64,000 nucleotides of DNA from Nitrospirota bacterium (GTDB lineage Bacteria; Nitrospirota; UBA9217), in assembly GCA_963754875.1 (NCBI GenBank), contig CAVWHO010000020.1, positions 401,405 to 465,404 of the forward strand. The letters are read 5' to 3'. The notes under the pieces were generated by a model. That model searched no databases and was not told where the DNA came from. It was given only the letters and a program-made list of their open reading frames with translations. The translations under genes and the position numbers were made by a program. This document shows, piece by piece, positions 52,417-61,712 of this stretch (position 1 is its first letter; every line of letters starts with the position of its first letter).

Positions 52417-53241
52417 GTGATATCGTCCATGACGAAACAATTGCTGATACTATCCCTTTTGAGCATCCTCGTCATTCCGACCGCGTCTCCGGGAAATGAC
52501 TTCGCGTACGCGAGATATGAACAGGTGCTTAACCACGCCGTGAAACCCAACGTCGTCATTGACGGCATCGAGGTCAATGCCGTTGATTACGCCGGGCTGG
52601 CAAAGGACGCCGCGACATCCGGCTCGCCGTACGCGCTCCTGCTCAATGAGCTGGCGACTTTTGACCCCGCAACCCTCGGGAGCAAAGAAGAAAGACTGTC
52701 ATTCTGGATCAATGTGTACAATATTGCCGCGATCAAGACGATCGTAGACCACTATCCTGTCGACAGTATTAGAAGCAAAAGGATCAACTGGCTCGGATTG
52801 CCGTGGAGCAGAAAGGCTATCGTGGTGGGTGGGAAAGGCTATTCACTTGGCCAGATAGAAAATGACCTTCTTCTGGAAGGGTTCAAGGATCTCAGGATTC
52901 ATTTTGGGATCAATTGCGCTTCCGTCAGCTGTGTTGACCTCATGCCGGAGCCATACCGGGCTGATATCGTGTACAACCAGCTTGAGCAGCAGGGAAGGCG
53001 ATTCCTTGCCAATCGAGCCAAAGGGCTGCGCCTGGATCAGGAACGGAAAAGGATATATCTCTCGCAGGTGTTTAAGTTCGATAAGAGGCATTTTGACTCC
53101 TATGCGGGAAGCGCGCTGAAATTCATTCTGCCCTACGTTCCAGCCGGGGAGCGGGACATTCTGCTCCAGGGCGCCTATGAGATAGATTATCTAGAATATG
53201 CTTGGAAGGCGAATGACGCAAAGAATGTTTCAAGAAAGTAG
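52417..53241 (+). CDS. DUF547 domain periplasmic protein
   Basis: 'VDYAGL','FWINVYN','RIHFGINCASVSC'. Confidence 0.85.
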   Translation: MISSMTKQLLILSLLSILVIPTASPGNDFAYARYEQVLNHAVKPNVVIDGIEVNAVDYAGLAKDAATSGSPYALLLNELATFDPATLGSKEERLSFWINVYNIAAIKTIVDHYPVDSIRSKRINWLGLPWSRKAIVVGGKGYSLGQIENDLLLEGFKDLRIHFGINCASVSCVDLMPEPYRADIVYNQLEQQGRRFLANRAKGLRLDQERKRIYLSQVFKFDKRHFDSYAGSALKFILPYVPAGERDILLQGAYEIDYLEYAWKANDAKNVSRK

Positions 53242-53253
53242 CGAGGTTACTTC

Positions 53254-54780
53254 ATGAAAGATACGCCGCTGGTTCTTCCCCGCGACAAAAGCAATGAAAT
53301 TCTCCTCAATAACGTGCATCCTGCCGCGTGGCGGAATCCCGAACCGGCCTCACGGTATAACCTTGTCGTGATCGGTGCCGGCACTGCCGGTCTCGTCACG
53401 GCCGCAGGCGCGGCGGGCCTGGGCGCGAAGGTTGCCTTGATCGAGCGGCATCTCATGGGCGGCGATTGCCTCAACGTGGGGTGCGTGCCTTCCAAGGGCA
53501 TTATCCGGGCGAGTCGGGCGGTCCATGACGCGAAGACTAGCAGCGAGTTCGGCGTAAAAGGGGCGGATAACGTTTCCCTCGACTTCGGGAAAGCAATGGA
53601 ACGCATGCGGACGATCAGGGCGGGCATCAGTCACCATGACTCCTTCGAACGATTCAGCAGGGAACTGGGCATCGATGTCTTCCTCGGGAGCGGGGCATTT
53701 ACCGGGCCGGATACGATCAGTGTTGATGGAAAAGAGCTTCGTTTCGCAAAGGCTGCGATTTGCGCCGGCGCGCGGGCTGCGGCGCCGCCCATGCCGGGAA
53801 TAGAGGAGACCGGCTACCTGACGAATGAGAATGTTTTCTGGCTGACCGACCTGCCGAAACGCCTTGCGGTCATCGGCGGCGGTCCCATCGGGTGCGAACT
53901 TTCCCAGGCCTTCGGCCGCATGGGGAGCGTTGTGACGATCGTTGAGAATACCGGACATGTATTGTCACGGGAAGACGCCGATGCTGCCGAGATCGTTCAA
54001 CAGTCGCTCATCCGGGATGGTGTAAAGCTTCTCTTTAACGCCAAGATACTGGGTGTCCGTAAAGAGAGCGAAGACAAGGTCCTTGCTCTTGAGCGCGGCG
54101 GACAGAAGGAGGAGATCAGGGTCGATGAAATCCTTGTCGGCATCGGCCGCGCTCCGAATGTGAACGGCATGAACCTTGAGGCAGCAGGCGTCGCCTACGA
54201 TCCACGGCTGGGTGTGAAGGTCAACGCGCTGCTCCAGACTTCGAATCCGCGTGTGTACGCAGCCGGAGACATCTGCTTTCCCTATAAGTTCACCCATACG
54301 GCAGACGCGCTCGCCCGCATCCTGATCGCGAATGCATTGTTCAAGGCGCGGCAGAAGACCTCATCACTCGTCATTCCCTGGTGCACCTTCACCGATCCTG
54401 AAGTCGCCCACGTTGGCATGTACGAAAAAGAGGCCCGCGATAAAGGCATCGATGTCCATACGCTTACGGTCAATCTTGCGGACGTGGACCGGGCTCTTCT
54501 GGACGGCGAAACCAATGGGTTCGCGCGCGTGCATCTGAAGAGAGGCACCGACAAGATCATTGGTGCCACGGTCGTTGCCCGCCACGCAGGGGAAATGATC
54601 AACGAAATATCCCTCGCAATCACCTCCGGACTCGGTCTCTCCGCGATCGGCAGAACGATCCATCCCTACCCCACACAGGCCGAGGCGGTTAAGAAGCTGG
54701 CTGACGCGTACAACAGAACGCGGCTGACGCCTTTTGTAAAAAGGCTATTTGTCAAATGGCTCAAATGGCAGCGGTCGTAA
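53254..54780 (+). CDS. Pyridine nucleotide-disulfide oxidoreductase (MerA-like, lacks C-terminal CC)
   Basis: GGDCLNVGCVP, GGGPIG, HPYPT. Confidence 0.9.
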   Translation: MKDTPLVLPRDKSNEILLNNVHPAAWRNPEPASRYNLVVIGAGTAGLVTAAGAAGLGAKVALIERHLMGGDCLNVGCVPSKGIIRASRAVHDAKTSSEFGVKGADNVSLDFGKAMERMRTIRAGISHHDSFERFSRELGIDVFLGSGAFTGPDTISVDGKELRFAKAAICAGARAAAPPMPGIEETGYLTNENVFWLTDLPKRLAVIGGGPIGCELSQAFGRMGSVVTIVENTGHVLSREDADAAEIVQQSLIRDGVKLLFNAKILGVRKESEDKVLALERGGQKEEIRVDEILVGIGRAPNVNGMNLEAAGVAYDPRLGVKVNALLQTSNPRVYAAGDICFPYKFTHTADALARILIANALFKARQKTSSLVIPWCTFTDPEVAHVGMYEKEARDKGIDVHTLTVNLADVDRALLDGETNGFARVHLKRGTDKIIGATVVARHAGEMINEISLAITSGLGLSAIGRTIHPYPTQAEAVKKLADAYNRTRLTPFVKRLFVKWLKWQRS

Positions 54781-54790
54781 GGGTGATGTC

Positions 54791-55463
54791 ATGAACAAAA
54801 AGAAGCTTTTGGTCATCGCGTTCGTTGCAATCCTGGCAGGGCTGTTCTTTTATCTCGACCTGGGGAAATACCTGACCCTGGCGTCGCTCAAGGACAACCG
54901 CGCAGCCCTTGCGGCATTCTACGGGCAGCACCGCGTTGCCATGATTTCGCTATTCATCGCGGTCTATATCATTCAGACAGCGCTGTCTCTGCCCGGTGCG
55001 GCCGTGCTGTCGCTTGCAGGGGGGGGCCGTATTCGGAGCCGTCATGGGCGCCCTCTTCGTCAATATCGGCGCGACTCTTGACGCTTCAGCCGCGTTCCTC
55101 GTGGCCCGCTATTTGTTCCACGAGGTAATACAGAAAAGATTCGGCCCCCGATTGGAAAAGCTAAACAGGGAACTCGAAACGAGGGGGTTCAATTATCTCC
55201 TGTTCCTTCGTCTGGTCCCGGTATTTCCCTTCTTCCTCATTAATCTCGGCGCGGGCCTGACCGGAATGCCTTTACGGACCTATATTCTCGGGACCATGGT
55301 GGGAATCATCCCCGGCAGCTTCGTATATTGCAATGCCGGGGCGAGTCTTGCCACGATCAACAGCATGAGCGAGGTCGCCTCTGTCCGTGTACTCGGCTCT
55401 TTTGCACTGCTGGGACTGTTCGCGCTGGTGCCGGTGGTCTATCAGAAGATAACAAAGAAGTAG
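54791..55463 (+). CDS. TVP38/TMEM64 (DedA/SNARE-associated) membrane protein, +1 frameshift in G8 run 55019-55026
   Basis: 'LSLPGAAVLSLAGG' then shifted 'AVFG...LRLVPVFPFFLIN'. Confidence 0.85.
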
Positions 55464-55547
55464 TAAGGGGTAATGCGCTATCGACAAGGGCTCGTGAGCG
55501 CAGCCGGATGCTTGTCAGTGACAAACAATGAAGTCGGAAGGCGGGTC

Positions 55548-56687
55548 ATGCCAAAGAAAAAAATTATTATCTTCCTTACGATTTGTATCGCGGCATTTCT
55601 GGCATGGAGACTCTTGCGGCCCTTGAACATTTTCGTCGTCGATGAGAGGTTCGAGCTGCCGATGACGGTGAGCACGCCCAAGGGTCTGCACTCACTGAGC
55701 GCTCGTGACTGTGGTCGGTGCCATGAAGAGATATATCGGGAGTGGTCGGGCAGCATGCACGCGCGCGCGTGGACGGAGCCCTATTTTCAGGTCGACTACC
55801 GCTACGACGGCTCGCAGCAGATCTGCCTCAACTGCCACACGCCGCTCGTGAACCAGCAGGAAAACCTTGTTCTCGGGTTCAGGGACCGGGAAAAGTTCGA
55901 GCCGATTCTCGCGCCCAATCCCGGCTTCGATCCGGCGCTTAAAAATGAGGGGGTTACCTGCGCGGTATGCCACGTTCGTGACGGAAAGATCATCGGACCT
56001 TTCACGACCGGTTGGGCGCCCCATCCCGTCGAGGTCGATACGGAAATGTCGTCGGGCATGAAACCCTGCGTGCGGTGTCATGTGGCGTCCGGAGAGCGCT
56101 GGGACACGTTCTACGCAATTCCCGCGTGCGGCACGGTCGCGGAGATCCAGCGCGGAGGGCAAAGTCCCGACTGCGTCGGCTGTCATCTGCCCGGCGTGGT
56201 CCGGCCGGCGGCCAACGGCATGTCCTCGCGGACGGGAAGAATGCATCTATTCCAGGGCGGACATTCTCCTGAGTGGGTCAAGAAGGCCCTCAAAGTGGAA
56301 TATCGGAAAGAGGCTGATCGATATGTGATCACCCTCACCAATGTGGGCACGGCGCACGCTTTCCCCACGGGAACGCCGGACAGACATCTGACCCTCGAAC
56401 TGAGGCTCCTGGATCCTGCGGGAAAGGTCCTCAAGGAAAAGGTCTATACCATGAAACGGTATATTCTGTGGAGGCCTTTCATCGTGGACATTAAAGATAC
56501 TCGATTGGAATACAATAAACCGAGGTCGTATGATTTTCGTTTTGATAAACGAACAAATGACGCGCCGGCCGTGCTCGACGTGACGGTGAAGTACCATCTT
56601 CTGGATGAGAAAAGAAGGAAAAAGATAGGTTACGAAACTCAATCACCCATCGCCTATCCGATATACAACGTGAAGATAAAGCTTTGA
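55548..56687 (+). CDS. Pentaheme cytochrome c (c554-like)
   Basis: CGRCH, CLNCH, CAVCH, CVRCH, CVGCH; 'WSGSMHA'; 'HAFPTG'. Confidence 0.85.
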   Translation: MPKKKIIIFLTICIAAFLAWRLLRPLNIFVVDERFELPMTVSTPKGLHSLSARDCGRCHEEIYREWSGSMHARAWTEPYFQVDYRYDGSQQICLNCHTPLVNQQENLVLGFRDREKFEPILAPNPGFDPALKNEGVTCAVCHVRDGKIIGPFTTGWAPHPVEVDTEMSSGMKPCVRCHVASGERWDTFYAIPACGTVAEIQRGGQSPDCVGCHLPGVVRPAANGMSSRTGRMHLFQGGHSPEWVKKALKVEYRKEADRYVITLTNVGTAHAFPTGTPDRHLTLELRLLDPAGKVLKEKVYTMKRYILWRPFIVDIKDTRLEYNKPRSYDFRFDKRTNDAPAVLDVTVKYHLLDEKRRKKIGYETQSPIAYPIYNVKIKL

Positions 56688-56705
56688 CGCAAAGAAGGTG
56701 AAATC

Positions 56706-56930
56706 GTGAAAGAACGGACGCAAACATTCCGAAAACGATTCTACGCCGCACTCGCCGGCACGATCGCGGTTGCGATATGCTGTTTTACGCCGATCCTGGT
56801 CATCGCACTGGCCGCTGTAGGTTTGGGCGCGCTCACCCCGTACCTCGATTACGTGCTTTTCCCCGCATTGGGGGCGTTCGTAATCCTGACGGTCAGTTCA
56901 TACAGGAAGTGGCAAAAAACCCATGGCTAA
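56706..56930 (+). CDS. merF: Mercury transporter MerF
   Basis: 'AICCFTPILV...YLDYVLFPAL'. Confidence 0.9.
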   Translation: MKERTQTFRKRFYAALAGTIAVAICCFTPILVIALAAVGLGALTPYLDYVLFPALGAFVILTVSSYRKWQKTHG

Positions 56931-56959
56931 CGTTGACACATAAACAACGAGGCAACCAT

Positions 56960-58363
56960 ATGAAAACATTCGATCTCGTCATCATCGGCGGCGGGGCAGG
57001 CGCATTCGGGGCAGCCATCCGCGCGAATGAACTCAAGACGGGAACAGCCATGATCAATGCCGGGCTTCCCCTGGGCGGTACCTGCGTGAACGTCGGCTGC
57101 GTGCCGTCAAAAATGCTGCTCTATGCTGGGGAAATCATGCATCTTGCCAGGAATCACGGCATTCCCGGCATCGAGCTTGATGTAAGGAAATTCGATTTCA
57201 GGAAGGTCATTCAGAATGAACTCGCACTGGTCGAGACGCTGCGGAATGAGAAATACAGCAAGGTGCTGAAGAACCTTGAATACGTTACGTTTCTTGAAGG
57301 AACAGCTAAGTTCGTTTCCTCGCATGAAGTCGAGGTAAACGGCGCGACCATTCGCGGAGAGAAGTTCGTCATTGCCACCGGATCGACCGCCTCGGTCCCG
57401 GCTATCGAAGGCATCCGGAATGCGGGTTTTGTAACGCATATCGAGGCGTTGAAGCTTGAGAAACAGCCGAAAGAGCTGATCATCATCGGCGGCGGACCGG
57501 TCGGGCTCGAATTTGCTCAGATGTTCTCGCGCTTCGGAACAAAGGTCACTATCCTGAAGCGGTCGCCAACTCTTTACCCGGCATCTGAACATGAATTGAC
57601 AGGGCGACTCGCGGAGATTCTTGCAGGGGAAGGGATAGCAATAAAGAGAGGGATAACGTTCAAGAAGGCATGGGCAGAGGGCCAGAAGAAAACCGTTTCG
57701 TTCACCCTTGATGGAAAAGAAGAACGAGCATCGGCGGAAGAGATTCTGCTCGCCTCGGGAAAGATCCCCAATACGGCAGGTCTGGATTTGGACAAGACCG
57801 GTGTACGGATTGACGGTGATCAGGCAATCGTCGTCAACAAATTTCTCCAGACCTCGAATCCCGATGTGTTTGCTGCCGGCGATGTGGCCGGGCTTCCGTT
57901 GCGCCTTGAAACGACCGCAGGTCATGAAGGCACCCTTGCAGCCGAGAATGCTTTAACCGGATCAAAGAAAGCTATCGACTACGACACGGTGCCCTATACG
58001 ATCTTTACCGATCCCCAGCTTGCAGGTGTCGGACTCACGGAAGAGAAACAGATGGAAAAATTCGGGACGTGCATGTGCCATACCGTATCATTTGCCGATG
58101 TTCCGAAGGCGATCATTACGAAGCGCACCGAAGGCTTGATCAAGATGGCGATCCACCCGGAGACCCGACAGATAACCGGCGTTCATATTCTCGCTCCTCA
58201 GGCGGGAGAGCTCGCGGCCCAGGCGATGATGCTTGTCAAGAACAAGAATACCATCGACGACGTGGTTAACTCTCTGCCCATGTTCCCGACGCTTTCCGAG
58301 TCGATCAAGCTTGCGGCGCTGTCGTTTACGAAGGACATATCAAAGCTGAGCTGCTGTACATAA
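56960..58363 (+). CDS. merA: Mercury(II) reductase (no N-terminal NmerA domain)
   Basis: GGTCVNVGCVP and C-terminal 'KLSCCT'; follows merF. Confidence 0.9.
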   Translation: MKTFDLVIIGGGAGAFGAAIRANELKTGTAMINAGLPLGGTCVNVGCVPSKMLLYAGEIMHLARNHGIPGIELDVRKFDFRKVIQNELALVETLRNEKYSKVLKNLEYVTFLEGTAKFVSSHEVEVNGATIRGEKFVIATGSTASVPAIEGIRNAGFVTHIEALKLEKQPKELIIIGGGPVGLEFAQMFSRFGTKVTILKRSPTLYPASEHELTGRLAEILAGEGIAIKRGITFKKAWAEGQKKTVSFTLDGKEERASAEEILLASGKIPNTAGLDLDKTGVRIDGDQAIVVNKFLQTSNPDVFAAGDVAGLPLRLETTAGHEGTLAAENALTGSKKAIDYDTVPYTIFTDPQLAGVGLTEEKQMEKFGTCMCHTVSFADVPKAIITKRTEGLIKMAIHPETRQITGVHILAPQAGELAAQAMMLVKNKNTIDDVVNSLPMFPTLSESIKLAALSFTKDISKLSCCT

Positions 58364-58390
58364 AAAACAACGCTGAAAGGAGAACATACA

Positions 58391-58705
58391 ATGAAAACAT
58401 TATCGTCAATACTTTCTTTCACAGGTTTCTCGCTGGCCACTGTTGCCGCTGCTCAGGCACAAACCCAGGGCAACGGCCCCTGGCCCGGCATGATGGGCTG
58501 GGGCTGCGGTATGGGATGGCCTATGCCCATCATGTTTATATTCTGGATTCTTGTTATCGCCGGGATCGTCTATTTTGTGCGGTCAGGGTTTAAGTGTCGC
58601 GGCAACGCTCAGGACGAATCGGCCCTCGAAATCCTCAAAAAACGGTATGCACGGGGAGAGATCAACAAGGATGAATACGAGAAAATGAAGAAGGATATTT
58701 CATAG
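58391..58705 (+). CDS. SHOCT domain membrane protein
   Basis: 'ALEILKKRYARGEINKDEYE'. Confidence 0.85.
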   Translation: MKTLSSILSFTGFSLATVAAAQAQTQGNGPWPGMMGWGCGMGWPMPIMFIFWILVIAGIVYFVRSGFKCRGNAQDESALEILKKRYARGEINKDEYEKMKKDIS

Positions 58706-58729
58706 GCAGAGCTATAAAGGAGAGTAATC

Positions 58730-59716
58730 GTGAAGATCGACTGCTATATCTCACAGGGATGCGGTTCAGAGGAAGCGTTAAAGGAGAATATCGACCGCGC
58801 CCTGGAGGCTGAAAAGATTCAAGCAAAAGTAAGCATTCACCGGATCAGCGATGAAAAGGCGGCGGAATTGAAGCTCAGCGGATCGCCGTCAGTCTTCATA
58901 AACGGCAGGGAATTGCAGTCGTCCGGCACCGTCGGCTTTTCCTGAAGGATGTTCACTGACGAGTCAGGCAGACTCGCGAATGTGCCGTCCGTAGATACGC
59001 TGCGAAAGGCCATGAAGGAGCCGGAGTGCGGGACGGGTGTTGATTGCAACAAAGAAGTGTCCGCTGTGAAAAGCCTTATGGACCAGATTGGGGCTACAGT
59101 ACAGGGGAGACTGTCCGCGGCCAACCTAAGCCAATCGGAAAACGAGACGCGAAAGTATTTTTTGAAAGAGTTCGCGAAGACCGGCAAGCCTCCTGCCGAA
59201 CAATCGATCGTCGATGCAATGAAACTGCCGTCCCTGGAATCGGTCCGCAGGTTCATCGAAAGACTGCATAAGGCGGATATCCTTACGATGGAAAACGGAG
59301 AGATCGTATCCGCATATCCTTTCTCCGCAAAACCGACACGCCACAAAGTGGCGTTCCCGGATGGGCATGAAATCCATGCGCTTTGCGCGACAGACGCCCT
59401 GGGCATTCACTTCATGCTCGGACAGGACATCGTTGTCCGGTCGCGCTGCCCTGAGTGCGAGGGGGAAATGAAGATCGAGATGAAGGACGGTAAGATCGTC
59501 TCTTCCGTTCCGGATGGCGTGGTTGAATTTATCAGCAGCGGGGACCACTGTGGATGCACCGCAAAGACCTTTTGCCCGTTCATGAACTTCTTCTGCTCGA
59601 AGGACCATCTTGAGAAGTGGCGGGAAAAGAACCCCGCCTCCGCTAACGGCGAAATGTACCAGCTTCAGCAGGTCCTGGAGCATGGGAAAAACATCTTCGG
59701 AGATTTTCTGAAATAA
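58730..59716 (+). CDS. merB: Thioredoxin-fold (seleno)domain fused to organomercurial lyase MerB (TGA 58943-58945)
   Basis: 'GSPSVFING...GFS*RMF...NVPS' in frame with the MerB core 'AYPFS','HALCATDALG','SRCP','FCPFMNFF'. Confidence 0.8.
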
Positions 59717-59741
59717 ACGGACTGCAATACCTGGAGGGCAA

Positions 59742-60101
59742 GTGGTGAACAGAATAACAAAAACGATTATTTTCATTGTGGTTTGCGCTCTGACGGTGAT
59801 CTCGCTCTATAAGTCTGCGTCAGCATGCCAGGTGGACGAGTTTTACATGACGAAGGAAGGAGCTTTGGCCGCTTCTACTTCAGAGACATTAAATCTGGCG
59901 ATCAAGCTCGAAGAAGAAGGTAACAAAGACAAGCTTGCATTCGTCATTAAGAGCGGGACAGTTCTGCGGCTCACAGACAACGTCAAGGTTCAGGTTCTGG
60001 AAAGATCCGTTGAATTCAAGACGCTCAAAATAAAGTTCCCGGACGGAAGAGATCCATATTGGGTAAAGGACGGCTCGTTGAAGCAAATCAACTGTAATTA
60101 A
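59742..60101 (+). CDS. Secreted hypothetical protein
   Basis: GGAGG RBS, signal peptide. Confidence 0.7.
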   Translation: MVNRITKTIIFIVVCALTVISLYKSASACQVDEFYMTKEGALAASTSETLNLAIKLEEEGNKDKLAFVIKSGTVLRLTDNVKVQVLERSVEFKTLKIKFPDGRDPYWVKDGSLKQINCN

Positions 60102-60331
60102 CTGACAATCTTGCTGCTTAGAGAGCGAGGACTATCCGAACCGAAATCGGGGGCCTTGTCTTTGTAAATCAGGGGGATCATGGCGGTTCCGAAATAAAGA
60201 TGTAGTATTTTTCTGACGATTTAGACCGAATTCGATATCAAAGTCGCCGGCAAGTGTATGGACCGCGTGCAGCACGATCATGAGGAAAGCAATGATCGTC
60301 CGGTTGAAACGTTTTTATCATCCATTCCTCA

Positions 60332-60802
60332 TTATTTCTCTTTCCACATTCTTGCGTCAAAGACAAAGGGCATTGGGTCGCTAATGCGGATTTTCTTGAA
60401 ATCGCGGTGAGCGGGATTGAGCAGATAGTTCCAACTTTTGGGAACCAGCACGGAGGGGACCCGGAAAACCGCTGTGTCCGCCTTCTTTGCCCAGGTAGAA
60501 CCGATCTCTTTGGTTGAATCCCTCGGCGGTTCGGCGGTCCAGTCATCGGGGAGATCGGCGCTCTTCAGCTTTTCAATAGGGACGCTGTCCGGAATCTCGA
60601 TTTTATAGTACACGAACTTGATGTGAGAAGCGTCGAACCCCAGGTGAACGAACTTCTCCAGAACGGACAGGGCGATGGACTCGCTTACGTAAATGACGGG
60701 TATACCCTGGTGATGCCATCGGCCGCTTACGCGGCGCGCTCCTTCGCCGGTAAACGCTTCCTTGGCACGCTTCGCTTTATCCAGGCGCCAGGCAGTGATC
60801 AC
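60332..60802 (-). CDS. RES domain toxin
   Basis: 'GEGARRVSGRW','YVSESIALSVLE','NYLLNPAH'. Confidence 0.9.
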   Translation of the reverse strand: MITAWRLDKAKRAKEAFTGEGARRVSGRWHHQGIPVIYVSESIALSVLEKFVHLGFDASHIKFVYYKIEIPDSVPIEKLKSADLPDDWTAEPPRDSTKEIGSTWAKKADTAVFRVPSVLVPKSWNYLLNPAHRDFKKIRISDPMPFVFDARMWKEK

Positions 60803-61239
60803 GAGATAACCCCGTATTCAATGCGCCAGAGAAGGTCTTCAACCTCCTTTGCACCGGCTTCGGTATGCAGCAGATCAAGGGGTGTTTTACCGCCTAATCC
60901 CACCTGTTGACGACGAAGCCACTCCTTGGCTTTTTCCTCGTTCTCCAAGACCTCACAGGCGATCGAAAAGATCCTTGCCAGCCGGTAAAGCCGGTCGCTG
61001 GCGATGGCCGACAGGCGCTGACTCGGCGAGTTACGGACTCGGGCCAAGGTTCGCTCGCTCACTTCGATTATGCCGGCAAAAATGGGAAGGGGAAGGTCCA
61101 GCAAGCCCCTGACATGGTTGCCCGCTTTATAAGGAAACCCCTCGCGGATGAGCTTGTCCAAGTCCAGGGTGCTTTTAATTTTGCGTCCAAGAGATGTCTG
61201 TCCGCCAAGGACTGATACTATATTCTGTTCGGTAAACAT
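60799..61239 (-). CDS. Xre/MbcA/ParS antitoxin
   Basis: 'SDRLYRLAR','LGGKTPLDLL..EAG..VEDLL.RIEYG'. Confidence 0.9.
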   Translation of the reverse strand: MFTEQNIVSVLGGQTSLGRKIKSTLDLDKLIREGFPYKAGNHVRGLLDLPLPIFAGIIEVSERTLARVRNSPSQRLSAIASDRLYRLARIFSIACEVLENEEKAKEWLRRQQVGLGGKTPLDLLHTEAGAKEVEDLLWRIEYGVIS

Positions 61240-61565
61240 GGAAGTAACCTCCTGTCATCTGGCATTATATTATCAGACAAATGGCATGCTGTCAATGACG
61301 ATGTAGTTCGAGAATATTATGTTTCCGATGAATTAAAGGGAACCGAGCGCTCAGGCCGGCCACAAGAGTTCCACAAAAGTGACCGCATGATTTTGGCTGT
61401 CGAGAAGCAAGTAGGATTTCGGATCTCATGAATATTTCAAGGAAACCGTGACGGAAAATTTTTCGATTATTTCTATTATTGCCCATGAAAAAAAATGAAC
61501 TGGTACAGTAACTGATACAGACATAGAAAAAGGGTCAGCTTTTGCAAGCTAACCCCTTGATTACT

Positions 61566-61641
61566 TGGTGGAGCTGAGGGGGATCGAACCCCTGACCCCA
61601 AGACTGCCAGCCTTGTGCTCTCCCAGCTGAGCTACAGCCCC
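61566..61641 (-). tRNA. tRNA-Ala(GGC)
   Basis: GGGGCTG acceptor stem, anticodon loop CTGGCAG, TTCGA, CCA end. Confidence 0.97.
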
Positions 61642-61712
61642 ACATAATTTGCCGCAACAAGGTGATTAATTTAACATCACGTACTGATGTTGTCAAGAAA
61701 AAAGACGGATTT

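Larger units (their letters stand above)
45526..61610. mobile_element. ~16-kb genomic island integrated at tRNA-Ala(GGC), no integrase visible
   Basis: Flanking 46-bp direct repeats; CTGGTACAGTAACTG..ACAG repeats near both ends; cargo genes and a TA pair. Confidence 0.85.

Noticed and set aside
53254..54780. Calling this gene merA
   Set aside because: Lacks the C-terminal Cys-Cys pair; the true merA is 56960-58363
48482..59716. Alternative genetic code (UGA=Trp/Gly) as the explanation for the in-frame TGAs
   Set aside because: Many genes here end properly in TGA, Trp uses TGG, and the read-through sites fall at Cys-motif positions
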